A stretch of 58,989 nucleotides of DNA, the filler included, from Sphacelaria rigidula (taxonomy: Eukaryota), in NCBI GenBank assembly GCA_964200075.2. It is 10 parts of 10 records of this genome, joined end to end, with 100 filler letters (N's around TTAATTAATTAA, not from the genome) between each part and the next. Parts side by side here need not be neighbours in the genome. Positions count along the whole stretch, not along the records: positions 11,819 to 17,627 come from CAXNAA020024290.1; positions 17,728 to 23,536 come from CAXNAA020024291.1; positions 23,637 to 29,445 come from CAXNAA020024292.1; 7 more parts are not named here. One strand, written 5' to 3'. How positions within the stretch are numbered: the stretch's first letter is position 1; every line of letters begins with the position of its first letter. The translations under genes and the position numbers were made by a program. The notes beneath the pieces were generated by a model. It did not search any database. It worked only from the letters and a program-made list of their open reading frames with translations, and was not told where the DNA came from. Shown piece by piece: positions 12,861-24,981 of the stretch.

Positions 12861-15694
12861 TTACGCAGCAACATGGTGTGAAATGTACAGCAGCGGCAGC
12901 GTCATTATCCATTTCCTCGTTGAGGTGATCAATCCAGTAGAGCAAATGACGTACGGAGGGCGGGGAGTTTTGCGGTCGACACAAGACAAGACAGGCAGCA
13001 CGTCTCTTTCACGTTCCGTACGGCAGCAAGTCATGTTTGTTGATCTTCTTGATATTATTATTTCTGCAGAGCAGTCCGATTTATCTAGCACATCGAAAAA
13101 AAACGCTTTCTTTTGTTCGCGGTCCTGCGAAGTCATGCAGCAAGCACGAGAGAGTAGCGTCCAAGTCAGGTACTCATGATCGGTACCGAGTCCAACCGTG
13201 AGGAATTCCACGGGAAGACGCGCTTGGAATCAGACAGTACAATGACGTACTTGGGGACCTCATGCTACACACGATACAGCTGTAAGATTGCTGCGCTCGA
13301 GCTTCAAACCATTTATGCTGCAAAGCCATCGGTGGGGTAGCTGTACTGTACGCGATCATTTGTCTCCATCCACAATCTTGTTCCTGTAAATACTTCACCC
13401 GTCATGATACATTCAACAAGAGGTACGTGGTTAAACGTGGTTTGCCCTGTAAACTCCTCCGCCTCCTCCGCCTCCTCCGCCTCCTCCGCATCGCTGCAAC
13501 GTCCGAACTGCTGAAGGTATCTGCCCGAGAGCATGGTGTTGAGGAAGGGACTGGACAGCGACCCGCAATTCTTGGCTGGTTTGGAACTGGTACGAGATAG
13601 GGACATGTACCAGCAGATTCTTACGCCAGCTGATGCTAAGGTACGTATATGTGCGCTGATTCGCGGGATAAAGACGATTCCATTGATGCACCGATTGACT
13701 GTTATTGGGGTCGTGAAGCCTTTTAGCCGCATGGCGATCTAGTCCATGAACGCGATGTCTCATTCTTCACTGTAACGGTTACACACCCTAGACAATATAC
13801 GATCGAAAGATGCAATAGACAAGAAAAATATATATGAGGTCAAGTATAGGCCTATTCCAACTATTGTCGATCGACAATAGTTGCAATAGGACTATACTTG
13901 AACCCAGCATATTTTTTGTCTATTGCATCTGTTGACCATATTCTGTCATTATCCAGGGTACGGATAGTTTGAACACCTTCTCCTCTCCCTGGAACGAATT
14001 CGTAGCCTTGAGAGACCAACACATTTCGTGCCCCCCGTATGTACTTTCCATGCAGCCTATCATCGAGCGTTGAACCAGCAGTCTTGGAGCCCGCTAACCA
14101 TTTGGCAGAGGTTTGCGTCACTTTTACATCGATGCTTGCATCTGAGGGGGTGCTCGTTCGATAAGGATCACACACTCCTACAAGACGATGAGCGTTTTGT
14201 CCCGAAACGCAAAATATGTGAAATGCCGATGAACTGATGGCAGCCCGTCACGTTACACCTACTCGTGCGAAATCATTTCCCTGCGCCATGCGTATTGCTT
14301 GACAGACCTTCCAATTACGTTGTGGAGCATAGGCAGCGCACGATCCCTAGTTGTAGATCACTCTGCATTCATGGTCCCCCCCCTTGATGTGTTTGCGTCA
14401 GCCGCTTGGGTTTTGGCTGTCGTCACATACATCCCGTCTAGTTGTTTTCATCGTGTCACTTCCCACAGTGTCACAATGTACTGTGTGTCCTTATTACCCC
14501 CCGTTTCGAAGGTTTAGAGTAGTCACACCTGCGAGCAGCCGAACGAAGCTGGGTTCATGGTGTAAAGCTTTTACAGTAGTGAGTGAGTGTACCACGTTGG
14601 TGAAGTCCGACACCCTGCAGTTTTCCAAGAAAGGAAAATCGAGCAGATGGTGAGCAACGGTACTTCCATTTTCTTGTCTTTAGGAACAGCACACTCTTAC
14701 CGAACCCTCGACGGTTTGGGTGTCATCATTTTGTATCGCACGTGCTGTATTTCCGGGACGATACTGCCGGCTGGCCTGTCAGCACCGGTAATCCCCATGC
14801 CACCACCTACAGCTGACCCGCTTCTCCTCCATGTTCGCCAGCAATGCTCATCCCCATCGACGGCACGAAGCGCGTACTCCGCGGTCCCTCAACCTCTCAC
14901 TCGCGAATTCTGGTGAAACCAAAGGCATTCCTTGTCACGCATTTCCAGCGGTCCATCTAGAGTCGACGTAGGGCATCCATTGTAGGTGTGGCAGCCTTGC
15001 TGACTTACTGTAATAGTCTACGTCGTAGCACACGGCAGTCCGTCGGAACTACAGCGATGTCCCTCCACTACCCCCTCTCCCCGAAGCTGATTCGCACTCG
15101 CTCCTTGTTCGGAATTTGATGTTGGGGGTTGAGTGATTGTGTTGTAAAGTAGATCCATACCGTGCCGCCTCGCCGCAGTGCTCTCTTGAATTGTCACATC
15201 TTAACGTCGGTCAAGGCGAAGGCGAAGGTTCGTCTTCCCGCCACCGAGTTCACCTAGAGTAGATAGTCCATACCCGGTAGTGGAGGGGTACGGACCCGGA
15301 TCCAGGCGAATGTGCATCTCTTGAGGATACTGCAAGTTTGTGATCGAACGCTGGTTGGAGCTGCATGTTCACTCCGCTTCCCCTGCTTCCCAACTTCTGC
15401 GTTCCCTCCCCCAACGCGTGCACTTACCGCTGTAGCTGACGGAAGACGTGCTGCGGTCGTTTGGCCAAGCTCTCAAGGACTCTGTGACTCGAGGAGATCT
15501 TCGAGATCTGCGATTAGAACTAGCGCCGCACGACCAATCGACCAAGGCGGATGTGAAGCCTGCTGTAACACCGGCACCAGAGGCTGTGCAAGTTGATGTC
15601 GAGGGGAAGTAGATCTGCGGAGGAGAGGGCAGGGGTGGGTGCACAGCGAAAAACGCTCGTTCTTCGGGTCGCGTTGTGCCATAAATATGTGCAT
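12861..15694 (-). pseudogene. Decayed Mutator-like (MULE) transposon 3' portion with SWIM, Zn-knuckle and cysteine-protease-like motifs
   Basis: Colinear on the minus strand: CTHPC..RHQLA..HPPW (15542-15643), HTYNGCP (~14970-14990), AVDGDEHCWR (14835-14864), H-x16-D 'FHIFCV..GVCDPY' (~14160-14220), and USP-like boxes at 12870-13660. Intronless and frameshifted; motif recognition by eye only. Confidence 0.45.
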
Positions 15695-16559
15695 ACAGGA
15701 TAGAGTCGCGTACGTGCTGACTTGTTGTTTTTGGTCGTGGAGGAAGATTGGATCTGCTACTGTCGAGAGAACAGGAGAGGAGAGGGCCGAACAAAGTCGT
15801 TGGAGAAGGCGTGGAGTTGGGTGGGGGAGGTGAGGGAGGGGTCAGCGCTTGAGAGGGGAGAAATTACGAGTTGAAAGAGAGGGGTGGCATCCCTTGGAAA
15901 GACGGCGGGGGGTACTGCCTGGGAAATAATGAAGGTGGTACCGCTTGAAACATGGTGGGGGGAGCTCGCTTGGAAACAAAATATACCGTTTGAAAAAGTG
16001 GAGAGGATATCTCTTGAATAGCGGAATGAGAACTGCAGTATCCACAGTGGACGGTCATCATGGAGATTAACAGGCCGCTCGCCCTTGAGGGATTGACTAC
16101 TTAAAATGTAGTTTTACCGCGGGGAGAGAGAGCTAGGCAAGGCTTGAGTGAGCCCTTGGCCGCGACGAGTTACTGTACACGTTTGATTCCCATGTATGTC
16201 AATGAACTGCTTTGTGTAATGGTGTTTGTGCAATATATGGTTGCTCCTCCACTTCAAGAGACCCTTACCTCCCCGCGGCCCAAGGGTGGAAAATGGGAAA
16301 ATGAAATTGATATGTGCTGTCGTCTCGTGTTTTCACAGTTGACGAAACCGACGGAAGGGCAGGCAAATTGTGAGATTTGGTCGTCTCATCGATAAAACAG
16401 AAAAGAGCCGCAAAAATACAGAACAACAACAAAAGGCTAATGGCAGACACAACATGGCCGAGTGATTTTTATTGACTAGTGTAAATTGAGTAGATCTTGT
16501 ACTGTACTGTATGTGGGTGCGGGTTCCCTTTTCAAGGCATGATAGTTTTACACGTTGAA

Positions 16560-16895
16560 CGAGTCACTACTCGTCGAAACCAGTGCACTCGTGGATGTTT
16601 TTTGAAAACACAACTAGCATGACTGGTGTGCTCTAGTCATTAAATATGTTTTACAATGAGCAATGCATTCAGCTTTTTTCACAACGAGCAATGACTCGTG
16701 TGCTCGAGTCATTCAGCTTTTTTTACGACGAGCAATGACTCGTGTGCTCGAGTCATTCAGTTTTTTTTAATAGGAGCAGTGACTCGTGTGCTCGAGTTTT
16801 TCATTTTTTTTTTGCAACGAGCGATGACTCGTGTGCTCCCGTCGACTCGTGTGCTCGAGTCATTCAGTTCGCCATGAAGAGCAATGACTCGAGTG
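16560..16895 (+). repeat. Minisatellite-like array of ~42-bp units (subterminal repeats of a TIR element?)
   Basis: GAGCAATGACTCGTGTGCTCGAGTCATTCAG(T)n repeated about 6-7 times with decay at the edges. Confidence 0.85.
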
Positions 16896-17149
16896 ATCGC
16901 ACTATAAATGTACTCCTTGAGAGATACTCTGCCGCTTTAGTGGAACTGCGAAAACCCGGGGGAAAGTGTCCGCTTTGGGTCCGGTCAAACGTTCGAAGAT
17001 ACTGTCGAACAGCACCACCAAACTTTGCTGGCATTGGCACCCGCGAGTCAGTACAGTACCGAACACAAATCGGCAGTTTAACGTTCTTGTTAGAAAGCAA
17101 CGGGCATAGAACTGTTAGCAGCTAGGAAAACGGGTATTTTCATACACGA

Positions 17150-17540
17150 GAAACTCTGTTCCCCCGTGGGCGTTACATGCACTCCAAAATACTCTGTCGT
17201 CCTTCTTTCATACCTGGCCGGGGGACGTGGAGGCCGCAGTTTCTCAGTAAGAAGAGTACTTTCAATGATCTAGACACAGTAACAGTTTCGAAAAGCGAAC
17301 TGTTTTGTTTCCATAGCTGGTTCGAAATTGGGTACATAACAACATGTTGTTACCGTGTGTGATCTCTCGGCCGACGCTCTGCAGACGCAAGTCAGTAAAG
17401 TGGGGCAACGAAAGCTCCAAATTGCAGCTGACGCACCCCTCTGCACCACGCTGCTAGCAGCAGGTAGGTCATCACCATAATAAGTATCTTTTTTCACTCC
17501 GTATGTCAAGAAGGTTTCTACAAGTGTTTGATGTCTCAAC
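17150..17540 (-). pseudogene. Possible degraded 3' end of RLE-type non-LTR retrotransposon
   Basis: Segment TTTTTCACTCCG..AAGAAGGT..AGTGTTTGAT is shared with 39845-39890. Minus-strand YVPNFEPAMETKQFAF resembles the RLE C-terminal motif. Confidence 0.3.
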
Positions 17541-17727
17541 CCCCCCCCCCCCCCCCACCTCCCGTCTGGCAACTCACCGGCTTGCGCGCTGCCCGTCGTC
17601 AGAAGACGGAGCTATTGTGTAGCGCAANNNNNNNNNNNNNNNNNNNNNNNNNNNNNNNNNNNNNNNNNNNNTTAATTAATTAANNNNNNNNNNNNNNNNN
17701 NNNNNNNNNNNNNNNNNNNNNNNNNNN

Positions 17728-17832
17728 GGAGGTGTCTCTATTAGGAGTAGAAACGGTGCTCCATCTCGAAAGGGAAGCGTGGTCAATGGTCAAACGACAA
17801 AGGCAAGCAGCAAATGAGTACGCCCCCCCCTC
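17728..17832 (+). mobile_element. LINE 3' terminus with C-homopolymer
   Basis: Same tail as 1-100 and 55460-55570. Confidence 0.8.
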
Positions 17833-17899
17833 CACTGCTTTTCCTTCCTTATTTTATGGGCACCACCAATGATCAGATTACTCGAAACCGTTGGAAAGC

Positions 17900-18436
17900 G
17901 TTGAAGTTTTCTCTCGGACTCAAGAATGTAAGTTTGTCTGCGACTCAGCACGTGAATAATCGGCGAAGCTCCCACAACAGTAAGCATATAGATATACGGC
18001 ATCCCTTTTTGAGAGAGTTGGTGTCTGAGCAGGTTTATTCGAGTTCCCAATTTGCAAAATTAGGGAGGGTGTTGATCGTGTGGTAATTTGACGCATGGGA
18101 AACAGCGTGAGATGCAAGAGCATGAGATGCAAGAGCGTAAGATCCAGTATAGTTTTCCGAGATCATTGGTAGCAAGTGCGGCGGATTACCCGACGATACG
18201 GACTGGTTCTGGGAATGCTGTTGTTCTCGCTTTACTTCTTAAAGTGACAAGGAACAAATGTAGAGTCGTCTTAGGGTGTGCTGTGCGTTCTCGATTGGAA
18301 GAAATACGGAGGTGCACTCCCGCACCTCTCGCCCCTCTGTGACCAGTGTGTGGTTTCCCTCTCTTGTGCCGGTGGTATTCAACGCGACAAAAAGGATATC
18401 TATATACCTCTGTTTGATCGACTTCCATCTCGACAA
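17900..18436 (+). mobile_element. Copia fragment: RNase H end, PPT and putative LTR
   Basis: SSHNSKHIDIRHPFLRELV; purine tract AGGGAGGG directly before TGTTGA at 18070; candidate LTR end TCGACA at ~18435. Confidence 0.65.
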
Positions 18437-18519
18437 CTGGAGTTGTGCGAGCTTTCTTCTAGTTTCTGGTTAAGCAGTCGGTGCTGCTTGAACCAGTGTG
18501 TGCTCGAAGTGTATCGACA

Positions 18520-20640
18520 GGCAGGAGCGTCGGAGCTGGGAGGGATGTCACAGCCGGGAGGGACGTCGAAGCTGGGAGAGATTCCAGAGCCGGGAGGGCT
18601 AGATGATTTCGATTCTGCTCCATCGACTCCATTACCGCTACTGGGGAGAGGAGTTCCCCATCAGCGTCGAGTGACATTTCCAGCGAAGAGTGCAGATCAT
18701 GGTGGTGAATATGAGCGGGGTTATCTTGGCGATGATAATCAGCCGGCCCCCGACAACGCAGCTGATTCTTTGGGTGTTTATTTAACATCGGTGAGTAGTG
18801 AGCCGTCTATAGACGGCGACCTCTCAGTGGAGGAGAGCGACTCGTCTTCATCGGACGAAAATGTTTCAGGTCCAACAGCAGCGCGGACTACGGCGCGGCA
18901 ACTTCAGTCAAATCTGGTTGGATCTGGAAATGGCGAGGAACTTGCACCAACCAGGGTGCAGACGCGAGCACTCAGTCAAGAAGCATCTGGGCTTGTGACC
19001 ACGTCGAGGTCCGATGAAGGGGGAATAATAATCCATGACCTGCCGGCAGTACAGGAGGTTACCCGTAAGCCGGGCGAGTTCCCTAGATGTCTCGTCAAGG
19101 AAGCGGGGCCGGAGCCGTTGTCATACCCTGCGGCGTGTTCATCACGATACTCGGATGTGTGGATGGAGGCAATGAGGATCGGGTTTTCTGGGCTTATGGC
19201 TGCCGGAACGTTCGCGGACGTGACCGACATTCCGGAGGGGTGCAATATTGTGTGCGCGAAGTAGGTGTATAGGTGAAGAAGTGATTCGCATGGAATGGTT
19301 GACCGGGCGAAAGCCCGTATGGTAGCTGAGGGGTACAGTCAGGTAGAGGGAATAGACTACTTCGACACGTTCGACCCTGCAGCATCTGCTACATCAAACA
19401 GGTTAGTGGCGGCTATGGCATGTAAGATAGACTGGGATTTGAGGCACTTGGATGTAGACCAGGCTTTCACTCAGTCGGAGTTGGACACCGACATCTACTT
19501 GCACCCGCCCCCCGGTTCTGGATCCGTATCTGGTAAGGTAGTCCGCCTTAACAAGGCTTTGTACGGTTTGAAGCAGAGTGGTCGTGCATGGTATCAACTA
19601 TTGTCGTCGACCCTAGTGGAGTGTGGTTTCGAGCAATGCTTGGTAGATGTCTATGTGTTCCGATTGAGGGTTGCTGAAGACATTGTGGCGATGATGGTTT
19701 TTCATGTTGACGATATCATGATAACAGCTACTGAGAAAGTTACTGAGGTGATAGTCGTTGCACTCAATCAGAGACCTCCCACTAAACATCTCGGGGAGGT
19801 AGAGTGGTACATGGAGAGTGAGTACAAAAGGGACAACGAGAAACGTACTTAGAAAGTTTCGCGAACCCAACTCATGAAGCGTGTGCTAGATCGTTTTGAC
19901 GTCTCGAGGACTAGCCCCATTCCCGCTACCCCTTCTTGAGACCTTAGGCATGCGAGCAAGGAAGAGGCCGTCGTGAATGTGCCTTTCCGTGAGGTCGTGG
20001 GAAGCTTGGTGTGGATAGCAAACCAAACGAGGCCCGATATCGCGAATGCAGTTCGGGCAGTCGCTCGGTTCTCTCATGAACCGAAGCTGACTCTCTACAA
20101 GGAGACACAGAAGACACTTGAGTATTTGAATGCTGCGTCGGACTTAGTTTTTTTTCAATAAGAGTAGCAACTTGGAATGTATTTACTTGAAGTTTGATTT
20201 GGATACGTAAGTTGACGCAAACTACGCCCATAAGGCAAAGAACCGACATCCCGCTTCCGATGTAGCTGTTTGCTTTGGAGGTACGCTAGTGTCTTGGTTT
20301 TCCAGAACGCAGAAGTGCGTCACCCAAAGCAGAGTATGTAGCAATGGCAGACGGTGTCAAGGAGGCCCTGTACGTGAGAGGGCTTCTGAACTTCCTAATG
20401 CCCAGTTTGGGATCGAAAAGCATTGGCGTTTTTGAGGACAACAAGGGAGCAATAGACTTAGCTGGAAACCCCTCAAGCTCATCGAACAGAAAGCACATTG
20501 ATACACCGTATCATTTTATCAGGGAGTTGGTTGCTAGTGGTGAAATATATGTGAAGTATCTTCAATCAGACGAACAGCATGCGGATATTCTATAACTAAA
20601 GTCATCGGTAGAGAGAGTTTCGAAAAGCAAAGTTTTTCTC
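18520..20640 (+). pseudogene. Ty1/Copia pol remnant (RT and RNase H; gag/integrase absent)
   Basis: WMEAMR..LMAAGTF, AKARMVAEGYSQVEGIDYFDTF, HLDVDQAF, LNKALYGLKQSGRAWY, FHVDDI, PFREVVGSL..TRPDIA, FEDNKGAIDLA..RKHID..HFIRELV..QHADIL. Several stops and frameshifts. Confidence 0.95.
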
Positions 20641-20794
20641 TTAGGCAGGATGTAGAATTCACCGTTTTTATTTTTTGTTGTGGTGAACCCCATGATTTGA
20701 GATGAGCGATGATAGTAGGGAGTTCGTTCTAGTGTAGTTTATTCGATGGCAATAAGGTATGCTTGGGCTTATTAGCCGATAAAGGTAAGAAGGG

Positions 20795-21088
20795 TGTTCA
20801 ATATAGTTGATCTACGAACAGAGGACCGAAGCATGAGCGGGGAAATTGCGGGGCATTCGACTATTCTGGCAAGCTTGCTGATAACGTTCCTTGTGATTGG
20901 AGAAAGGCAATTGTTGCGAGTTCCCATATTTTGATAAATGTGTCGCGGATCTTGCGACGCTGTAGGTTTTGGATCGTAGGCTGCGGTGACAGGGTAGTGC
21001 TCTACGCCCTACTCCCTCACTCGTCTCCCTCACCTCTCTTCACCTAATATCCTACGTGTGGATAGTAATAATGAAGACTTACACAACA
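20795..21088 (+). mobile_element. Putative 3' LTR of the Copia element
   Basis: PPT AAAGGTAAGAAGGG (20781-20794) followed by TGTT...; candidate ...CAACA end at 21088. Confidence 0.55.
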
Positions 21089-21799
21089 CACCCATCATCA
21101 TCTCTTCTTCCAAGCTACTTGCAAGCGGGCAGGAAGCTGTTTGAGCACACCGCAAGGGGCTGTTGTTGCTACAAGATAATCTAATCGACACGATCATTCG
21201 AATACGTGCCTGCTAGCAATGGCCCTAAACATCCAAGACGTAAACGCGTGGTCGACAGGACGATACTCGGCAATCATGGACTTTCCTTTGACCTCCACCT
21301 ATGCTCACCCGGTACAAGTATAGCACAAAGCCCCACAAGCACAACCGATGGGATTGTCGCCCTCATTCCCGTTGCTGTCCTTCCCTGTGCGTCCTTGTTG
21401 ATTTCGGAAGCCAATGCTCTGCAGAAGAAGTGCGGCATTTCGCGTGGACGTGGTTCGACGACAACAGAAAGGCCGTCAAAATAGTCAACATGACTACAAG
21501 GTAAGAGGGGTGGACAGTGGTGACGGGATGGATTACGAGGGGTGTATGCACAGCAGTTCCACGAATAATGAGGACTCTATAAAGTAATATCTGAAACACG
21601 GCGGTTATTCCACAACACAAGCTTATGTCACGATCTTGTACCACTGCTGAAGTGCATCGTCGTCCTAGTAGTATGTGGTACTCGTTATGGCGGGAAGCGA
21701 GGAGCGGTTGAGGGCGGTGTACAATGGCATCGCAGAACCGACCAAGTGTTTGAGCACTCCGCCCGTAAAAAAATCGTGCAATCGTATTGGGGTGTTGTG

Positions 21800-22030
21800 T
21801 TGTTGTATTGCGCGTTGTGTTGTGTCTTTATCTGCTCTATTCTGGACGCCAGTCTACACCCTTTTCTGTATTTATGGGCGCGTCAGCCGGGGTCACACAG
21901 AAAGAAGGCTAACACAAGAGTCTCTATTGTTCACGTTCTGTTTGAATTCTCCACCTTCCTTCTGCGGTGTTTTGCCTATTTTGTCCATCACAGGAGAGGT
22001 TCACGCTCTCGGAAGCCATCGGACTCATAT
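21800..22030 (-). mobile_element. tRNA-derived SINE copy (partial)
   Basis: TCTGGACGCCAGTCTACACC..GTCAGCCGGGGTCACACAGAAAGAAGG..CCTTCTGCGGT is shared with 49990-50322 and 51210-51535. Confidence 0.7.
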
Positions 22031-22144
22031 TCGGTCGGGAATCCATCAACCCGTCCGCTGTAATAGTAGTGAGGGGGCTGTGTAGACGCGGTAAAGTTGC
22101 CCACGCCGAATTTCCGGTCTGAATATCTCTTGACTGGTGAGACA

Positions 22145-22437
22145 CACGGGAGGCCACTGGGGTCTGTAACCTGGCCATTTTGGGACCTTATCCACCTCTG
22201 GTAAGGTCCGCGGATTGGGTAGACAACTGAGGAGCATTCGCACAGCATGGACAGGATTGAAACAAAACATGTCCCAGTCCATAGGCGGGTGACTCACCTG
22301 TAGACTGGAACATGTTTTGTTTCGAACCTGTCCATGCTGTGCGAATGCTCTTCAGTTGTCCACCTAATCCGCGGACCTTACCAAATGTGGATAAGGTCCC
22401 AAAAAGGCCACGTTACAGCCCCTGGTGGCCACCCGTG
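22145..22437. mobile_element. Foldback MITE (near-complete 293-bp palindrome), CAC termini
   Basis: CACGGG...CCCGTG with arms complementary along nearly their full ~140 bp; flanked by a CA dinucleotide duplication (22143-44 / 22438-39). Confidence 0.85.
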
Positions 22438-23677
22438 CATTCTTCGAACGAATCGCTGTCAACATTTTGGCAGCCATGATGGGCAAACTGTTGAATCAAG
22501 ATTATTACTTATTTACGATTGAAAAATGGGGGAAACTGGCGATTCATCAGATCATCTACCCTATTATAGTGGTCATGGAAGGGTAAGCCCTTTCGCTGCG
22601 AGCGGTCGTCCATTCGCGAAGCGACATGTCGTCATTCATTTTTCAAGTGAAAGTGACACCAATTCACAAACAGGCCCCCACTCGCAGTCAAAAGCTTATT
22701 ATTGAATTTAACACGGTTTTTGTGAAATTGAGATCCAACTAAGTGTGTGATCGAGAGTGACAACCCAAAGAAGAGGAAGTTCTAATCCATTTACTCCTTG
22801 TATCGACTGTTTTTTCTCGGGGAATGTTTCGTCCAGCTAGTAGTCGAGATCGAGGCAACTCGAATGAAAGAGTGGTGCTGCGATGGGGGGGGAGGAGGGT
22901 GTTTCATTCCACGAAAAGCAGGAACCCACAGACAGCAGGTGTGGCAGACGACGAAACTACTCGCAGTGCGTCTGAATTTGGGTGAGAACGGTGTCAAGTG
23001 CCATGCAGAGGGAAAGTGCCTTGTTGGTAACAGGCGCGTTCGAAAAACCTTTGCCGCTTTCGACCTAAAATACCCCCCCTCTCCTATCGTAGCATCAATT
23101 AATTGGAAGCTCCTGCACGTGTCATAGGATGAATGATCATGAATGCCATAGTCATAAGACCATTATCCTCGCATCCCTACAAAGCCGGGACGGAGCACGC
23201 CAGGATCTCGCAGGACCAGGCTGAGGAGGGAGAGGGGGATATTTGATTGCGCGAGAAAAGAGGCTCATACGCGTGGCAGACGACCTGCCACGCTCGCGGT
23301 GTGCTTGTATTTGGTGAAAAGCGGTGTTCAGGCAGTATGAATGAGCGTTATTTATATCTATAACGACACTTTCTACGATAGCCCCCCCCCCAAACCAGCT
23401 AAAATTGTCACGAAAAAAATAGCCATACAGCGCCTGATGATGTTCGGCTTCAGGCTGCATGAAGCGCCTCATATTGGCGACATTGTCTAGAACGAACCCA
23501 AGCGTGGGAATTCCCAGCTTCTCATTGTGCTCGGCTNNNNNNNNNNNNNNNNNNNNNNNNNNNNNNNNNNNNNNNNNNNNTTAATTAATTAANNNNNNNN
23601 NNNNNNNNNNNNNNNNNNNNNNNNNNNNNNNNNNNNGTCTGTGACCACGGGTTCGCGAGATCGGACTAATGTGCGGA

Positions 23678-23704
23678 AATAATAATAATAATAATAATAA
23701 TAAT
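23678..23704 (+). repeat. (AAT)9 microsatellite
   Basis: Direct reading. Confidence 0.95.
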
Positions 23705-24240
23705 ATAAGGAAAACCAATCAGGAGGCTTTCCAGGACTCCGATGCATTTCATCAGTGGAAATACGACGCCGAAACCCCACCGCACCAAAGTAATCACATC
23801 AGATAGTAGCCATTTCTGAATCTGATTTCCATCAAGATGGCGGCTAGTATGACTTCAAGCATATTGAGATTGAGAACAATTTGTGGTTCGTAGCAATTCA
23901 TATTGAGTTTAGAACAATTTCAAGAGCAATGATTGGTCCAGGTACCGTGTTGCCCTCGGTGCAACCCCCGTGGCCCCCCGCAAAATCCTGCGTTCGCCAT
24001 CTTCAGTTGCCCATAGCGCTTGGTATGGTACCATGGTTGCGGACACCAGGTAGCTATTGCAAAAGGTACATGCTGATGGCAGAAATTTTCATGAGCGTGA
24101 GCAAGCCAGTACATGGTGGGCGAAGGTGTATTAAAGCAGAAAATCGTGGCGATCGAAAAGGTGCAATTGCAGGTCTCGGTACTATAACCAGGAACGTTCC
24201 CTGGATTGCACGGCATTACCCGGATGTCGGAGATTATATC

Positions 24241-24503
24241 CAGAGATGTACACGTGACACACGTGACATTTGAAAAAAACGGGGGTGTGTCACATTACAA
24301 AGTCACAAAAACAAGCAGAGTTTTAGTCACATTTGGAAAGTAAAACGCCACGCCAGGGTTCATTCGAAGGGCCACACATCACATCACGTTACGTTGCACT
24401 TTTCCCACCCAAAAAAACAAGCCTCACGTAGCGTTTAATGACCCGAAGTTATGTTTTTCGAATGTGTCACATTCAAGTGTCACGTGTAACGTGTAGACCC
24501 CTC
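24241..24503. mobile_element. Degenerate MITE with TACACGTGACAC-type termini
   Basis: TACACGTGACACACGTGACA versus TGTCACGTGTAACGTGTA inverted; internal GTCACA/TCACGT motifs like those of 44416-46235. Confidence 0.55.
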
Positions 24504-24981
24504 ATTATACTGCTGTGGTACATGCTACGGCATCGAGCAGTAGTTAGAATTTCCTTGCGTTAGTACCGAATAGCGCGTAGTACGGGCAAGCATGTGAGAG
24601 GATTTGTACCTACAGTACATGCACCAAGTAGTAGCAGTTACTCTAGTTGCATTCCTTTGTTTTGCTGTCGTTGTCGGATAATGCAGCAACAGCAGCAATG
24701 ACCGAAGTACAATAGCTGAACAGTAGAGCAGAATGTTGGATCATCGAAGTAGACCATGAGCATGAGTACGGACGGGACTGTCTCAAGTAGTACGAGCTGG
24801 GCCAGCCTAGAAGCGGATATGGAGTTTGCAGGCGAATTCGCAATTTCTATCATGAGTTGAAGCCTGAAATTTGATTTGAACAATAAACAGGGCATAAAGC
24901 AATTCGTGCGGGGTTCCAAATATATATATATTTCATGAGTAGGGCATTTTACTAAAACCTGTAAACAGACTATTGCCCTTA

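Noticed and set aside
16560..16895. CRISPR-like palindromic repeats
   Set aside because: Intervening sequences are short and similar to each other (T-runs), there are no cas genes, and the context is eukaryotic.
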